Notes: generated by a model not told the origin, from the sequence alone. A DNA stretch of 64,000 nucleotides from an uncultured Nitrospiraceae bacterium (GCA_963727775.1 CAVSHB010000001.1:768001-832000); one strand, 5' to 3'; counted from the stretch's first letter, positions 30,264-42,971 are shown. Translations and numbers: made by a program.

Positions 30264-31670
30264 TCATGTTTTGAGGAATGATCTGACATCAAGCTGCTGG
30301 TTAACCATCTGTGCCTTGCCTGAACGCGATGAAGGTATTTCATCGACAAACTCTATCGCTATGGATATTGAATCTTTCATTATATCGAGCATGTCGTCAA
30401 GACAGACCTTGATTTTTATCGTGTCACGGTCTGTATATCGTTCTCCCCGTGAGATGAACAACGCTGCTCTCCCCGGCTCTTCCTGATAAAACTGGAACTG
30501 TTGCACATTGGGAAAGGTCTTTATCCATGGCATGAGCCGAGGTATGACTTCTCCCCCGCGGCCGACAAGGAAATCATTGACCCGTCCATATAGCGAATCG
30601 ACCACCACGTGGTAACGACCACAACTCGGACAAAAATCGTTGCTCTCCTTCACAATATCGCCGGTGCGATACCGAATGAACGGCATACACTGATTGGCAA
30701 AGCCCGTAGCAATAATCTCTTTATATCCGTACGCCGAATCAATGAACTCCGTGTACCCATATAGAGGGTGAAGATGCATATTGTTTGTATGTTCGCACTC
30801 TCCACCGATCACCGAATTCTCATTCATGGCATACATAGAAAAGACCCTGACGCCGAAAGCCTCTTCTATCAAGTTTCTCTGCCAGTCGTAAATGGTCTCG
30901 GCATAGGATATCATTGACTTGAGTCCTGGAAAAACAGCAGAGCTTTCATGTTTGATATAAGAGGAGATTATGGCGAGTACCGAAGGGAAACCCATTATGT
31001 ACTCTGGATCAAAGTCAGTTATCATTCTCACGAAACGACTAAGCCAATTAGGGGTAAGATGGCGTATAGACAGTATGAGTTTGTTTCCATATCTCATATA
31101 AGGAAGGGATATGTTTTTACCATGGCTTACCATTGGCCAGAACATAACTTCTTTTACCCCTGGGACATAGCCTGTTCTTCCAAGGATATTTTTCCTGAAA
31201 GCGAGAAAAGCGGCCTTAAGTGACTTGTCCGTGTATATTTCCAGTGGAATCCCCGATGAACCACTTGTGGACCTTAGCATCAGTGCCGTCATTGGAAGAC
31301 GCTTGTCAATCATCTTTGCTGACGACTTTCTGACTTCTTCACGAAGGAGAAATGGAATTTTCCTGAAATCATCGAAATCCTTCATCTTTTCGGGATGAAA
31401 ATCAATTGCCGAAAATATATCTCTGTAATAATACACATTTTTTGCTGCGTGGATAAGGAGATTCTTTGTTTGCTCAAACTGGTAATTCCTGAATGTCTCG
31501 AAATTCCAGCCTTCGGATGCCTTAAGAAGCATTGTCCATCGGACGAAAGCTCTACCCAAGAGCATCCTATTCCGTATATCATATGGTATTGTTTCATACA
31601 CGTTATGAGCCATTTTTTCGAGCAGGCTGCTCTTCTTCAAAAACCTCGTTATAAACTCCTGGATATTCAT
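30264..31670 (-). CDS. Phenylacetate-CoA ligase/CapK-family enzyme, paralog 2
   Basis: TSGSSGIP, MPFIRYRTGD, GRVND; clearly similar to 20328-21728. Confidence 0.88.
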   Translation of the reverse strand: MNIQEFITRFLKKSSLLEKMAHNVYETIPYDIRNRMLLGRAFVRWTMLLKASEGWNFETFRNYQFEQTKNLLIHAAKNVYYYRDIFSAIDFHPEKMKDFDDFRKIPFLLREEVRKSSAKMIDKRLPMTALMLRSTSGSSGIPLEIYTDKSLKAAFLAFRKNILGRTGYVPGVKEVMFWPMVSHGKNISLPYMRYGNKLILSIRHLTPNWLSRFVRMITDFDPEYIMGFPSVLAIISSYIKHESSAVFPGLKSMISYAETIYDWQRNLIEEAFGVRVFSMYAMNENSVIGGECEHTNNMHLHPLYGYTEFIDSAYGYKEIIATGFANQCMPFIRYRTGDIVKESNDFCPSCGRYHVVVDSLYGRVNDFLVGRGGEVIPRLMPWIKTFPNVQQFQFYQEEPGRAALFISRGERYTDRDTIKIKVCLDDMLDIMKDSISIAIEFVDEIPSSRSGKAQMVNQQLDVRSFLKT

Positions 31671-32368
31671 TACATATTGTATTTTATACGCGAAATTATT
31701 TTCTTATAGATAATTTTACCCGTTTCTTTTTTCAATATTGAGATGTTTCGCCATCAATGATATTTCCTGGTCATTATGTTCTATATATTAATATATTGTT
31801 CTCTTGTTACCGTCCTGCAGAATTAGAGTTAAGATTATTTTTCCCTAAATATCTCATCAACGATCCCCTCTGCAAATTATTTCATAATATCAAATTACAA
31901 TACATTTAATTCATGCAGCTTCTTGAAGAACTTGGGCCGGTTCATGAAGTTCTGACCGTGGATTATATGACACAAGATTATAGGATCAAGCAGAAATGCA
32001 TATTTATGTGAACTCTTTAGAAAGATATATATTTTTTGTATCTATTGGCGCATTACCTGCTCGCAACCGCCTCGCAACCGCTTGTTTCTTCTGACATTGC
32101 TCGGAGTGAAAACTTCCGAAAAGAACAGATTCATAATAGAAAGGAACGTACATGATGATTCTCTCTTTTCCTTGCTTGGAGGCAAAAGTCACACTCACCA
32201 ATTGTCTTATATGTGTGTTGAGTAGATGAGGAAATCTTGAGTGGTCAGGTCTTTCTGTTTTTAACAGTTAGACATAATGTATTAAACCTGTCCAACCTTA
32301 AGGCACGTGGATTAAGCTTTAAGGTGAAAAAACCATAGGCTCAGAGCCACAATTAAGGAGGACAGGTT

Positions 32369-33496
32369 ATGGATAAGTATAGCAGCAAATATGTAGGAAT
32401 GGATGTGCACAAGGAAACGATAGCAGTAGCGATAGCAAAGGAAGGACGCGGGGAGCCGGTTTATTACGGAGAGATACCCAATAACGGTGAGTCAATAAGG
32501 AAGCTGGTTAAAAAAGTGGGTTCGAACGGGGAACGAGTATCGTTTTGCTATGAAGCCGGACCATGTGGGTATGAAGTATACCGTCAGTTGATTGATCTTG
32601 GTCAGAGGTGTGATGTGGTTGCTCCATCGCTTATCCCAAGGAAATCAGGAGATCGCGTGAAGACAGATCGGAGGGATGCTAACACTCTGACTCGGTTACA
32701 TCGTGCGGGAGAACTGACGCCGGTATGGGTTCCGGATAAAGAGCAGGAAGCGATGAGAGATTTAACCCGAGCCCGTGAAGATATGAAGACTATGGAAGGA
32801 CATGCCAAACAGCGGCTTGGAGCATTCCTTCTGCGTCATGGAAAGAGATATCCTGGGAGGAGTAAATGGACGCAGGCGCATTTTCGATGGCTGGAAGGGA
32901 TAAAGTTTGAGATTCCCGCACAGCAGCTTGTTTTCCAGGAGTATGTTGATACGGTCAAGCAAATGCAAAGGCGCGAGGCTTCACTGGAAGAAGAAATGCG
33001 TCACGCAGTAGAAGGGTGGTCTTTGGCGCCTGTAGTAACAGGTCTGATGGCACTTCGGGGTGTCGACATCATTACAGCAATGACGGTCATTGCCGAACTG
33101 GGCGACATCAGTCGCTTTGAATCTCCTCGTCAGCTCATGGCTCACCTGGGGTTAGTTCCGAGTGAGCACTCAAGCGGCAGTCGTCGCCAGCGAGGCGGGA
33201 TAACCAAAACCGGCAATGGACATGCAAGGCGTGTGCTTATAGAAGCTTCGTGGTGTTATCGATTGCCGGCACGCAAGACGGCTCATTTGCAGCGACGGGC
33301 AGAGAAGACCAGCGAAGCGGTACAAGCCATTGCATGGAAGGCGCAAAAACGGTTATGCAAGAGATATTGGTACTTGATCAATAAGGGGAAACTTCCGGTT
33401 CAAGCATGTACCGCTGTAGCACGTGAACTGAGCGGCTTTATTTGGGCAATTGCATGTGACGTAATGGGAAAGACTAATGCCTGTATCACCAGATAA
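32369..33496 (+). CDS. IS110-family recombinase
   Basis: GMDVHK, YEAGPCG, KTDRRD, HSSG. Confidence 0.95.
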   Translation: MDKYSSKYVGMDVHKETIAVAIAKEGRGEPVYYGEIPNNGESIRKLVKKVGSNGERVSFCYEAGPCGYEVYRQLIDLGQRCDVVAPSLIPRKSGDRVKTDRRDANTLTRLHRAGELTPVWVPDKEQEAMRDLTRAREDMKTMEGHAKQRLGAFLLRHGKRYPGRSKWTQAHFRWLEGIKFEIPAQQLVFQEYVDTVKQMQRREASLEEEMRHAVEGWSLAPVVTGLMALRGVDIITAMTVIAELGDISRFESPRQLMAHLGLVPSEHSSGSRRQRGGITKTGNGHARRVLIEASWCYRLPARKTAHLQRRAEKTSEAVQAIAWKAQKRLCKRYWYLINKGKLPVQACTAVARELSGFIWAIACDVMGKTNACITR

Positions 33497-33589
33497 GGAT
33501 AAAACGAATTGACGACAGAACGAAACTATCGGTGTTGTCTTCCGGGGCTCCAAAAGAGGTGGAGTGTTTCTCCGCTCCTCCAGACAACG

Positions 33590-33830
33590 CTATTTATTTG
33601 GAAAATGTGCACTTCGGCCAGGGCAGCAGTCGGTGGGGAGATCCCTCGTACCTACTATGAGGCGCCTGAATATAGGATGACCCTCGATGTTAGACAGAGG
33701 CAGCTCCACGACGAAAATAAGTCATGCGGTACCCAACCCGCGTATATCAGAGTGATCTACCGTCGTTTATCACTGCTGTTCTGCCCTAAGTTCACACGCT
33801 CAAAGGAGACCATATAAGAGGCAATAAAAA
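33590..33830 (+). ncRNA. Bridge RNA candidate in the right non-coding end
   Basis: Contains TACCTACT (complementary to target AGTAGGTG) and ATATCAG (matches the donor end). Confidence 0.65.
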
Positions 33831-34185
33831 TACCCACTTGACAGGTTTAATACATATCAGTAGGTGAAATTGATGTCCGACCTTGCTGAACAATCCTCAC
33901 CACGATCATATCTGTTGCCGATGAATGTTTCTACCAGAATTTCACGCCGGGGAAACGTGACCAACTGCAGGGTGATCTAAACGGGTCACAATATCGGTGT
34001 CACTAAGGTCAGCATAATTCAGGGCGTACTATGCAGTTATGACGAACCGAAATTTTTGAGAGTTACTGTGAGAAATTTTTTTGTCCAGTCCACATAGAAA
34101 CAAACGATTTCAAAAGTCATCCTCTACGATGATTATTATTTAAAATAATCACGTGCACTTAGTAGAATTTTTGTACGCAACAAGC

Positions 34186-34214
34186 TTGACGATTAGGAAT
34201 TAATCCTATATAGT
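34186..34214 (+). promoter_or_regulatory. Promoter with Fur/PerR-like palindrome in the spacer
   Basis: TTGACG-N17-TATAGT; TAGGAATTAATCCTA at 34194-34208. Confidence 0.6.
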
Positions 34215-34221
34215 TTAAACT

Positions 34222-34635
34222 ATGGAATTATTTTATCGGAAATCCAAAGAGCATGGTCTGAAAATAACCCCCCAGCGTACCGCTATCTATCAGGAACTTT
34301 TGAAAGCAAAGAACCACCCGTCTGCCGATGACATTTATAAAAGGATAGTAAAGAAGATTCCAAATATATCATTTGATACAGTAAACAGAACCCTCCTGAC
34401 ATTCTCCAAAATAGGGATTATAAATGTAGTTGAGGGGTACGGGCAAGCAAAGCGATATGATCCTGATATGGATATTCATCATCATTTCAGATGTATTCAG
34501 TGTGGCAGCATAATAGACTTTCACAACAAGGAGTATGCCAACATAACTGTCCCTGAAGAAATCAATAAACAGTTTACGGTGCTAAGTAAAAAGGTAGTTC
34601 TTGAAGGTCTTTGCAGTAAGTGCAGAAAAGGGTGA
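34222..34635 (+). CDS. Fur-family regulator (PerR-like)
   Basis: LKITPQR, HPSADDIY, HHHFRCIQC, CSKC; directly upstream of katG. Confidence 0.9.
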   Translation: MELFYRKSKEHGLKITPQRTAIYQELLKAKNHPSADDIYKRIVKKIPNISFDTVNRTLLTFSKIGIINVVEGYGQAKRYDPDMDIHHHFRCIQCGSIIDFHNKEYANITVPEEINKQFTVLSKKVVLEGLCSKCRKG

Positions 34636-34861
34636 TATTTTTTCTTCTTTAGTAGTATTTATTACTATATAGTAATTTTATATAATCTAGAGGAGGTGAT
34701 GACAATGCGTTAAGATAACTTTTCCCCGCTCGTGAATAATAAATAACGACAAATCTACACAAATGGTTGGGTTTGCCGTGATGATAGTGCTTGATGTGGC
34801 TTTTGGTTAAACACATAAGCAAAGATCTCTTTTACTGTTAAAGACAAAAAACCAATGTTAG

Positions 34862-37111
<2,250 letters not shown>

Positions 37112-37222
37112 CCGTAGCATAAACGTCTTCAATGTTCCGGGCAGCCTTTTTACGAGGCACAATGAAAGATATTATGATATGGAACCGCTGGAACCCACCG
37201 GTTCCGAAAAAGGAGGTAGATA

Positions 37223-37612
37223 ATGACAGGTTACGTTGGGCCAATTGAGAAACAAACATTAGATAACAACTTCTTCCGCAAGGTGCTGTTCACCGGTAAA
37301 TACAACCAGCTGGTGGTGATGTGTCTGCAAGGAGGCGAGGAAATCGGCAATGAGGTACATCCGACCGTCGACCAGTTCTTCCGCGTCGAAGAAGGGAAGG
37401 CCAAATTCGTTTTTAATGACAAGGAAGAGCACCTTGCGGGTGATGGGGACGCAGTGATAGTTGCTGCTGGAACATACCATAACGTTATTAATACGTCCCC
37501 AAACAAACCACTCAAGCTCTACACAATTTATAGTCCACCCAATCATCCTGATGGGACCGTACATAAAACAAAGGCTGAAGCAGATGCTGCTGAGGCTGCG
37601 GAACATCATTGA
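37223..37612 (+). CDS. Cupin domain protein
   Basis: IGNEVH...DQFFRVEEG...HNVIN...YTIYSPPNH. Confidence 0.88.
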   Translation: MTGYVGPIEKQTLDNNFFRKVLFTGKYNQLVVMCLQGGEEIGNEVHPTVDQFFRVEEGKAKFVFNDKEEHLAGDGDAVIVAAGTYHNVINTSPNKPLKLYTIYSPPNHPDGTVHKTKAEADAAEAAEHH

Positions 37613-38066
37613 ATTTCTGATCATGGGTACTCCCTTCCCTTATGGGGAGGGAATGAACTGGTAAATGCTCATATTCAATTTAAGTGATCAACAATTTGAG
37701 ATGAATTGATGTGCGCAGTTGACCGAAAAATGTTGTGGTTGAGTGGACCCCCTAAAAAGTCACCACTTGTGGCTGAAAGTGAGATTATCGAGTCGATCCA
37801 GGTGACGCGACTTTTTAGATTAAACCCACGGATTGAATAGCGGCCCTAGTAAGAGGATTAGAAACGGTAACTATTACTGTGGCGGAATGTCCACAGTATC
37901 ACGTAGTAGGTGTTGTCGAGAAAAGTGGCATGCGCCTTACGGGGCGAAAGAAACACAGCATTTCAGAGAGTCCTGAAAGACAACACTGCTTCCTCTTCTA
38001 AGTCACGCCTATGATATACTGAACAAAAGTGAAGATTATGACTTGATAGTCAATAGGAGAAATCCC

Positions 38067-38609
38067 ATGGATGCGCTTCTGCTAATTGATTTCCAAAAAG
38101 ACTTCTTTGCTGCAGACGGCCGGATGTCTCTCGGTTCTGAACAAGCAGAACATCTTATCGTGGTTGCCGATAGGCTGATTAATTATTTTCAGAAGAATAA
38201 AGGTGTAGTCATATTTATTGGTAACGAGTTCAACAAAGCCGACTTTGTTGGGAATCTCTTCAGAAGGTTTGCTGCGCTGAAGGGCAGTGACGGCGCACAA
38301 CTCGACTCGCGCATTAATAGTGAAGGTTATCCTTATTTCCCAAAGGCAAAAGCGGATGCATTTTCTAATCCTGATTTGGATACCTATTTGAAAAAGCATG
38401 CAGTGAGTAATATATATCTGTGTGGAGTATACTCGGAAGGCTGCATCAGGGCAACGGCTCTGGGTGCAAAGAAGAGAGGCTATCAAGTCTCTTTGGTAGT
38501 TGATGCAGTTTTATCCAACAGGAGATTTAAACACGATTGGGCGTTGTCGTATTTGAGCAACCGCGGCGTTACCCTAGTGAGTAGTGAAAGTCTATTGATG
38601 CACGCTTAA
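38067..38609 (+). CDS. Isochorismatase-family cysteine hydrolase
   Basis: ALLLIDFQKDF, K..DAF, GVYSEGCI. Confidence 0.88.
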   Translation: MDALLLIDFQKDFFAADGRMSLGSEQAEHLIVVADRLINYFQKNKGVVIFIGNEFNKADFVGNLFRRFAALKGSDGAQLDSRINSEGYPYFPKAKADAFSNPDLDTYLKKHAVSNIYLCGVYSEGCIRATALGAKKRGYQVSLVVDAVLSNRRFKHDWALSYLSNRGVTLVSSESLLMHA

Positions 38610-38818
38610 GAGAAATCCGCTGTTTCTCATAAAATGAAATATTCCGTTGTTAATGCCTTGCGCTGTCCTTCCTTGTAGTCCGCAGGGGGAGTATCGCGTC
38701 GAAGGGTGTTTGTTATGTTTTTGTAAATCAATACTCTCTTTCCAGACGCCAGCAAATTTCAAGTTAATATTCGGCTCGATATGATAAAATACGTAAAATG
38801 CTATAAGGAGGACTGTAT

Positions 38819-39259
38819 ATGAAAACGAAATTATCCTTAGTTGTGGTGATGCTTGCGATTGCGGTATGTGCAGGCTTGGTCTTCGCAGCTGGGGCGGAAA
38901 AGACATCAAAGGAGAGTGCTACAAAAGGATCTATTCTTTACGTTTGTAATTGTGGCGCTAAGTGCAAGTGCAATACTGTGTCGACAAAACCGGGGAAATG
39001 TGCCTGTGGCAAAGATCTTGTTCCGATGCATGTTTTGAAGATCGACAAAGATGAGGCTCTTCTCTGTACATGCGGAAAGGGATGCAAATGTAAAATTGAC
39101 GAGGCGGATCCCACTAAGTGTGGATGCGGGAAGCCCGTAAAGAGAGTGAGCCTGAAAGGCCTTTATGTCTGTAATTGCGGTCATGGTTGCAACTGTAATA
39201 CCATTTCTGATAAACCAGGCAAGTGCAAATGTGGTAAAGAGTTAAGGAAAGTCGAATAA
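38819..39259 (+). CDS. Exported Cys-rich repeat protein (metallothionein-like)
   Basis: Signal peptide followed by three repeats each carrying three CxC pairs. Confidence 0.85.
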   Translation: MKTKLSLVVVMLAIAVCAGLVFAAGAEKTSKESATKGSILYVCNCGAKCKCNTVSTKPGKCACGKDLVPMHVLKIDKDEALLCTCGKGCKCKIDEADPTKCGCGKPVKRVSLKGLYVCNCGHGCNCNTISDKPGKCKCGKELRKVE

Positions 39260-39473
39260 TTAATTGCCTTATCAACGTGTATTGCATCGTATATTATTAG
39301 CGAACACCTATTTTGTTTATTATTAAGAATACCATGAAGGCTGTCGATAGATAACCTTCGTGGTATTCCTGCTCATAGCTGCATGCCCAAGAGTATTTAG
39401 CCAACTGATTCCGATTGATTCCAGCCGGCAATGCCAGTGTATTCCGGCCACTTGTTCCGAGTTCGGCCACTAA

Positions 39474-41093
39474 CCCAAAAAGTGCAGTTGACCTAAAATA
39501 ATATCCCCGAAGAAATTCTCCTTTCGTATTAGAATCAATAGGTTTACCCGACCATCAACTCTAAACGAAAGGAGAATAGAAATATGCAGTCAAAATGTAG
39601 CACAAAGATCGAAATAAATAAAGTAAGGATTGGATTTACGGAGAAGAAGATGACGGCATATGGGGGATTCAGTTTATTGGCTGCATTTTTTGAAAAGATC
39701 AAATTGAGAGGAATTTTGCAAGAGGTGATTCCGATCCATGAGAGTTCACCCAATGGAATGGGGATATACAGCAAGGTATTGGCATACATCCTTCTGATCT
39801 ATGCGGGAGGCAGCAGGTTTTCTCATCTACTTTATCTTGGTTGGCAGGAGATTTTCACCGATCTTTTTGCAGTGAAGAGGCTTCCTATCGCCTCGACGAC
39901 ATTGGGCAGGCTTTTCAGGAAGATCAGAAAACTGAAGGAAGTGGAAGAGATGTCGGAGGGATTATGGGGATACTTGAAGAGATTGATCCCCTGGAAAGAG
40001 CTCAAAGAGGACTGGTTGACGTTCGATTCTACAGTCCTTGAGCGATACGGAAAACAGGAGGGAGTCAAGAGGGGATATAACCCGAAGAAGAAGGGCCGTG
40101 GTAGCCACAGCCCGCTTCTGGCATTTCTTAACAGAAACAAGTATGTGATAAATCTTTGGAACCGCCCCGGCAACGTGATGTCATGGAACAACATTATTGG
40201 ATTTTTTGAATCCACATGGCAGAGGATCAACGGTCATATCGATATCAAGGGCATTATTGCAGACAGTGGATTTTATCTTAGGGAGTTCATCGAACTGCTT
40301 GAGAAGAGAGAATTAGTATATATCATAGCTGCTCGCCTATATCGTCCGCTGCAGAGGATAATCTACGCACAACAAAACTGGGCACAGGTAGAAGAAGGGA
40401 TATGGATCACTGAGTTCTTCTTCCAGCATGTAGAGTGGATAATCGACAGGAGGTTTATTGCAGTGCGCCAGGATGTCAAGAAGAGACCGCACGCGATGGG
40501 AAAAGAGTTGTCTCTTTTCGGAGATGAGTTTGATACAGGGCATTATCGTTATAGCGTATGGATAACCAATTCACATGATTCTACATATGAGGTATGGAAG
40601 CAATGCAGGCATAGGGCGAACGATGAGAATACCATCAAGGAACTGAAAGAGGATTTTGCACTCGGCGGGTTCTCGATGAAGTATTTCTACTCAACGGAGG
40701 CGGCTATGCTTATTCGGGTATTCATCTACAATCTGTTTGTCCTGTTCAGGCATCAGATACTCGGTCAAAAAGAAAAGACAGAACGTTTGAAAACCTTACG
40801 GTACAAGTATCTTGTCCTTCCAGCCCAATTAGGATGGGATGGAAGGAAACCTGTATTGCGGATTTCTGTCTTTACGCAGAAAGTACGATCAAAACTGCGC
40901 TACCTCTTTAACCGCGTGGGACAATACTTTCCCCCCAGTTTTGGTAATTGCACTGCATTTAGATAAAAAGAACATAATTTTCAGGAGGTGGAACAAGAAA
41001 CAGCATCAGTATTAGCTTTTATATCGACAAATCAGCCAATGCCTTGATAGGCTTGACTCTATAGGTATGCCTATAGCAAACGCATTTTTCGGG
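39474..41093 (+). mobile_element. IS1380-family element, copy 1, target duplication CTAA
   Basis: Ends CCCAAAAAGTGC.../...GCATTTTTCGGG; CTAA on both sides; 1620 bp. Confidence 0.88.
39584..40966 (+). CDS. IS1380-family DDE transposase
   Basis: TAYGG, FDSTV..YGKQEG, ADSGFY, RANDENTIKELK. Confidence 0.9.
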   Translation: MQSKCSTKIEINKVRIGFTEKKMTAYGGFSLLAAFFEKIKLRGILQEVIPIHESSPNGMGIYSKVLAYILLIYAGGSRFSHLLYLGWQEIFTDLFAVKRLPIASTTLGRLFRKIRKLKEVEEMSEGLWGYLKRLIPWKELKEDWLTFDSTVLERYGKQEGVKRGYNPKKKGRGSHSPLLAFLNRNKYVINLWNRPGNVMSWNNIIGFFESTWQRINGHIDIKGIIADSGFYLREFIELLEKRELVYIIAARLYRPLQRIIYAQQNWAQVEEGIWITEFFFQHVEWIIDRRFIAVRQDVKKRPHAMGKELSLFGDEFDTGHYRYSVWITNSHDSTYEVWKQCRHRANDENTIKELKEDFALGGFSMKYFYSTEAAMLIRVFIYNLFVLFRHQILGQKEKTERLKTLRYKYLVLPAQLGWDGRKPVLRISVFTQKVRSKLRYLFNRVGQYFPPSFGNCTAFR

Positions 41094-41469
41094 CTAACAG
41101 GGATATCCTTGGTGAGTTTCTCTCCACCAGAAACACTTAGGAAGATGTGCTTCCTGTCCCCCACAAAGTCCAGAATCTAAAAAATGGTGCGTAGTATAAT
41201 AGATAATTCTCACCGGACGGAAACATCGCCCACCTCGTTTACCGAATATTCAAATTCGATAAAATGCTTTATCTTTCACGCCGCAGAAACCCACTCGCTC
41301 AAAGCAGGAGGGGAGAGACTGGACAAAGTCCTCCCCTCCAAATATTTTTTCCGGCCATATTGACTAAATTGAATTATGTGAGAAAATTATCTATAAGGGA
41401 CTGATTATTAAGAATGTTGATCTCATTTTTTCTTATGACACTCAAAAGAAAAAATAAAGGAGGTATCAA

Positions 41470-42027
41470 ATGAAATACTCAGCCTTATTACGGGCACTCC
41501 TGCTTTCCGGACTCATTACCGGCGGTATCGTCTTTTCAGGCTGCATAGGAAAGTCGGATGGAGCACACAGCGTATCAGCGCCGGGTCCGATCAAGGTCTA
41601 TTCTGCAGAAAAAGGGGGCTACGTCATGAGCGAAACTGTTAATAAGAGCAATGAAGAATGGAAAAAACTGCTGACACCCGAACAGTATCACATCATGCGG
41701 GAAAAGGGGACCGAGCGGGCATTTTCCGGAAAATACGCAGACTTCCACGAGCATGGCATTTATCGTTGCGCGGCCTGCGAGCTAGACCTGTTCAGGTCGG
41801 AAGACAAATATGAGTCAGGTACGGGATGGCCGAGCTTCACGGCGCCGATCGCCGCGGAGAACATAATCACCAAACCGGACAATACCCTTTTCAGTCATCG
41901 TACAGAAGTACTTTGCCATCGCTGCGGCAGCCATCTCGGCCACGTTTTTGACGATGGTCCCAAACCGACAGGGCTGCGCTACTGCATGAATTCGGCTGCC
42001 CTGCAATTCGTGGTAACCAAGAAATGA
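41470..42027 (+). CDS. msrB: Methionine-R-sulfoxide reductase with lipoprotein-like signal
   Basis: GTERAF, SGTGWPSF, HLGHVFDDGP, RYCMNS; N-terminal FSGC. Confidence 0.95.
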   Translation: MKYSALLRALLLSGLITGGIVFSGCIGKSDGAHSVSAPGPIKVYSAEKGGYVMSETVNKSNEEWKKLLTPEQYHIMREKGTERAFSGKYADFHEHGIYRCAACELDLFRSEDKYESGTGWPSFTAPIAAENIITKPDNTLFSHRTEVLCHRCGSHLGHVFDDGPKPTGLRYCMNSAALQFVVTKK

Positions 42028-42051
42028 TTCATCTGTCAGAGAGGAGGCATA

Positions 42052-42660
42052 ATGAAAATACTTATTACTGCGATGTTGGGACTTTCAGTCTTCCTCATCG
42101 CAACCACCACAGTCATGGCTGCACCTAATCTTGCGAAGGCAACTTTTGCGGGAGGTTGCTTCTGGTGTATGGAGCACCCCTTCGATGAGATTCCCGGCGT
42201 AGTTTCGGTAACATCCGGATACACTGGTGGGCAGAAAAAGAATCCCACCTACGAAGAGGTTTCGGCTGGAGGAACCGGACACGCTGAATCAGTGCAAATC
42301 GTCTATGACCCGACACGAGTTAGCTATGAACAGCTCTTAAACATCTTTTGGCACAACATCGACCCGACTTCAAAGGACCGGCAGTTCTGTGATTCCGGGC
42401 ATCAGTATCGAAGTGCTATTTTTTATCATTCTGAGGAACAGCACGAGCAGGCTCTGCAGTCGAAGGCATTATTGGAAAAGAACAAGCCCTTCAAAGAACC
42501 TGTCGTAACCGAGATTGTTCAGGCCACCGAGTTCTACCCGGCAGAGGATTATCACCAACACTATTACAAGAAGAACCCGATCCGATACAAATACTACCGT
42601 TTCAGATGTGGTCGTGACCAAAGACTTAAGGAGCTGTGGGGCAAAGCTGCAGGGCATTGA
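42052..42660 (+). CDS. msrA: Methionine-S-sulfoxide reductase with signal peptide
   Basis: AGGCFWC, GHAESV, FYPAEDYHQ. Confidence 0.95.
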   Translation: MKILITAMLGLSVFLIATTTVMAAPNLAKATFAGGCFWCMEHPFDEIPGVVSVTSGYTGGQKKNPTYEEVSAGGTGHAESVQIVYDPTRVSYEQLLNIFWHNIDPTSKDRQFCDSGHQYRSAIFYHSEEQHEQALQSKALLEKNKPFKEPVVTEIVQATEFYPAEDYHQHYYKKNPIRYKYYRFRCGRDQRLKELWGKAAGH

Positions 42661-42674
42661 TGGGATAGAATGAT

Positions 42675-42971
42675 ATGAAGAACCGAATAACTCAGTCTTT
42701 GACTCTTTTTGTTTTGATGCTGTTTCTCTTTTCAGGTTATGGGGTTTCTCTTGCACAAGATGCTAAAACATCCGAGGTTATTTTTTATGTGAAATGATTT
42801 GACGTTGGCAAGGAGGCCCTGGAAGGGCTGAAGGGAGTGAAGAGAGTTGAAAAAGGCTTTCGCAACTTTAAAGAGATAAATACTGTTTATTATGATCCAG
42901 CAGTAATTACGATTAAAGAAATGGAAATAGCCTTAAAGAAGGCAACTACTTACCTGGGAACAGTTAAGTAG
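42675..42971 (+). CDS. Putative exported selenoprotein with HMA/ferredoxin-like fold (UGA at 42795-42797); absent from the ORF track
   Basis: Manual translation MKNRITQSLTLFVLMLFLFSGYGVSLAQDAKTSEVIFYVK-U-FDVGKEALEGLKGVKRVEKGFRNFKEINTVYYDPAVITIKEMEIALKKATTYLGTVK; hairpin 18 nt after the UGA. Confidence 0.75.

Larger units (their letters stand above)
32270..33860 (+). mobile_element. IS110-family (IS1111-type) element, copy 1
   Basis: Sub-terminal IRs ATGTATTAAACCTGTC/GACAGGTTTAATACAT; matching inverted copy at 45915-47505. Confidence 0.92.

Noticed and set aside
33509..33817. 102-aa ORF downstream of the IS110 recombinase (and its copy at 45958-46266)
   Set aside because: Overlaps the structured non-coding end; no protein features; duplicated only because the IS is
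37738..39470. IS21-like end fragments at about 37740-37770 and 39405-39470
   Set aside because: Resemblance only; the two do not form a matching IR pair and no istA/istB is present
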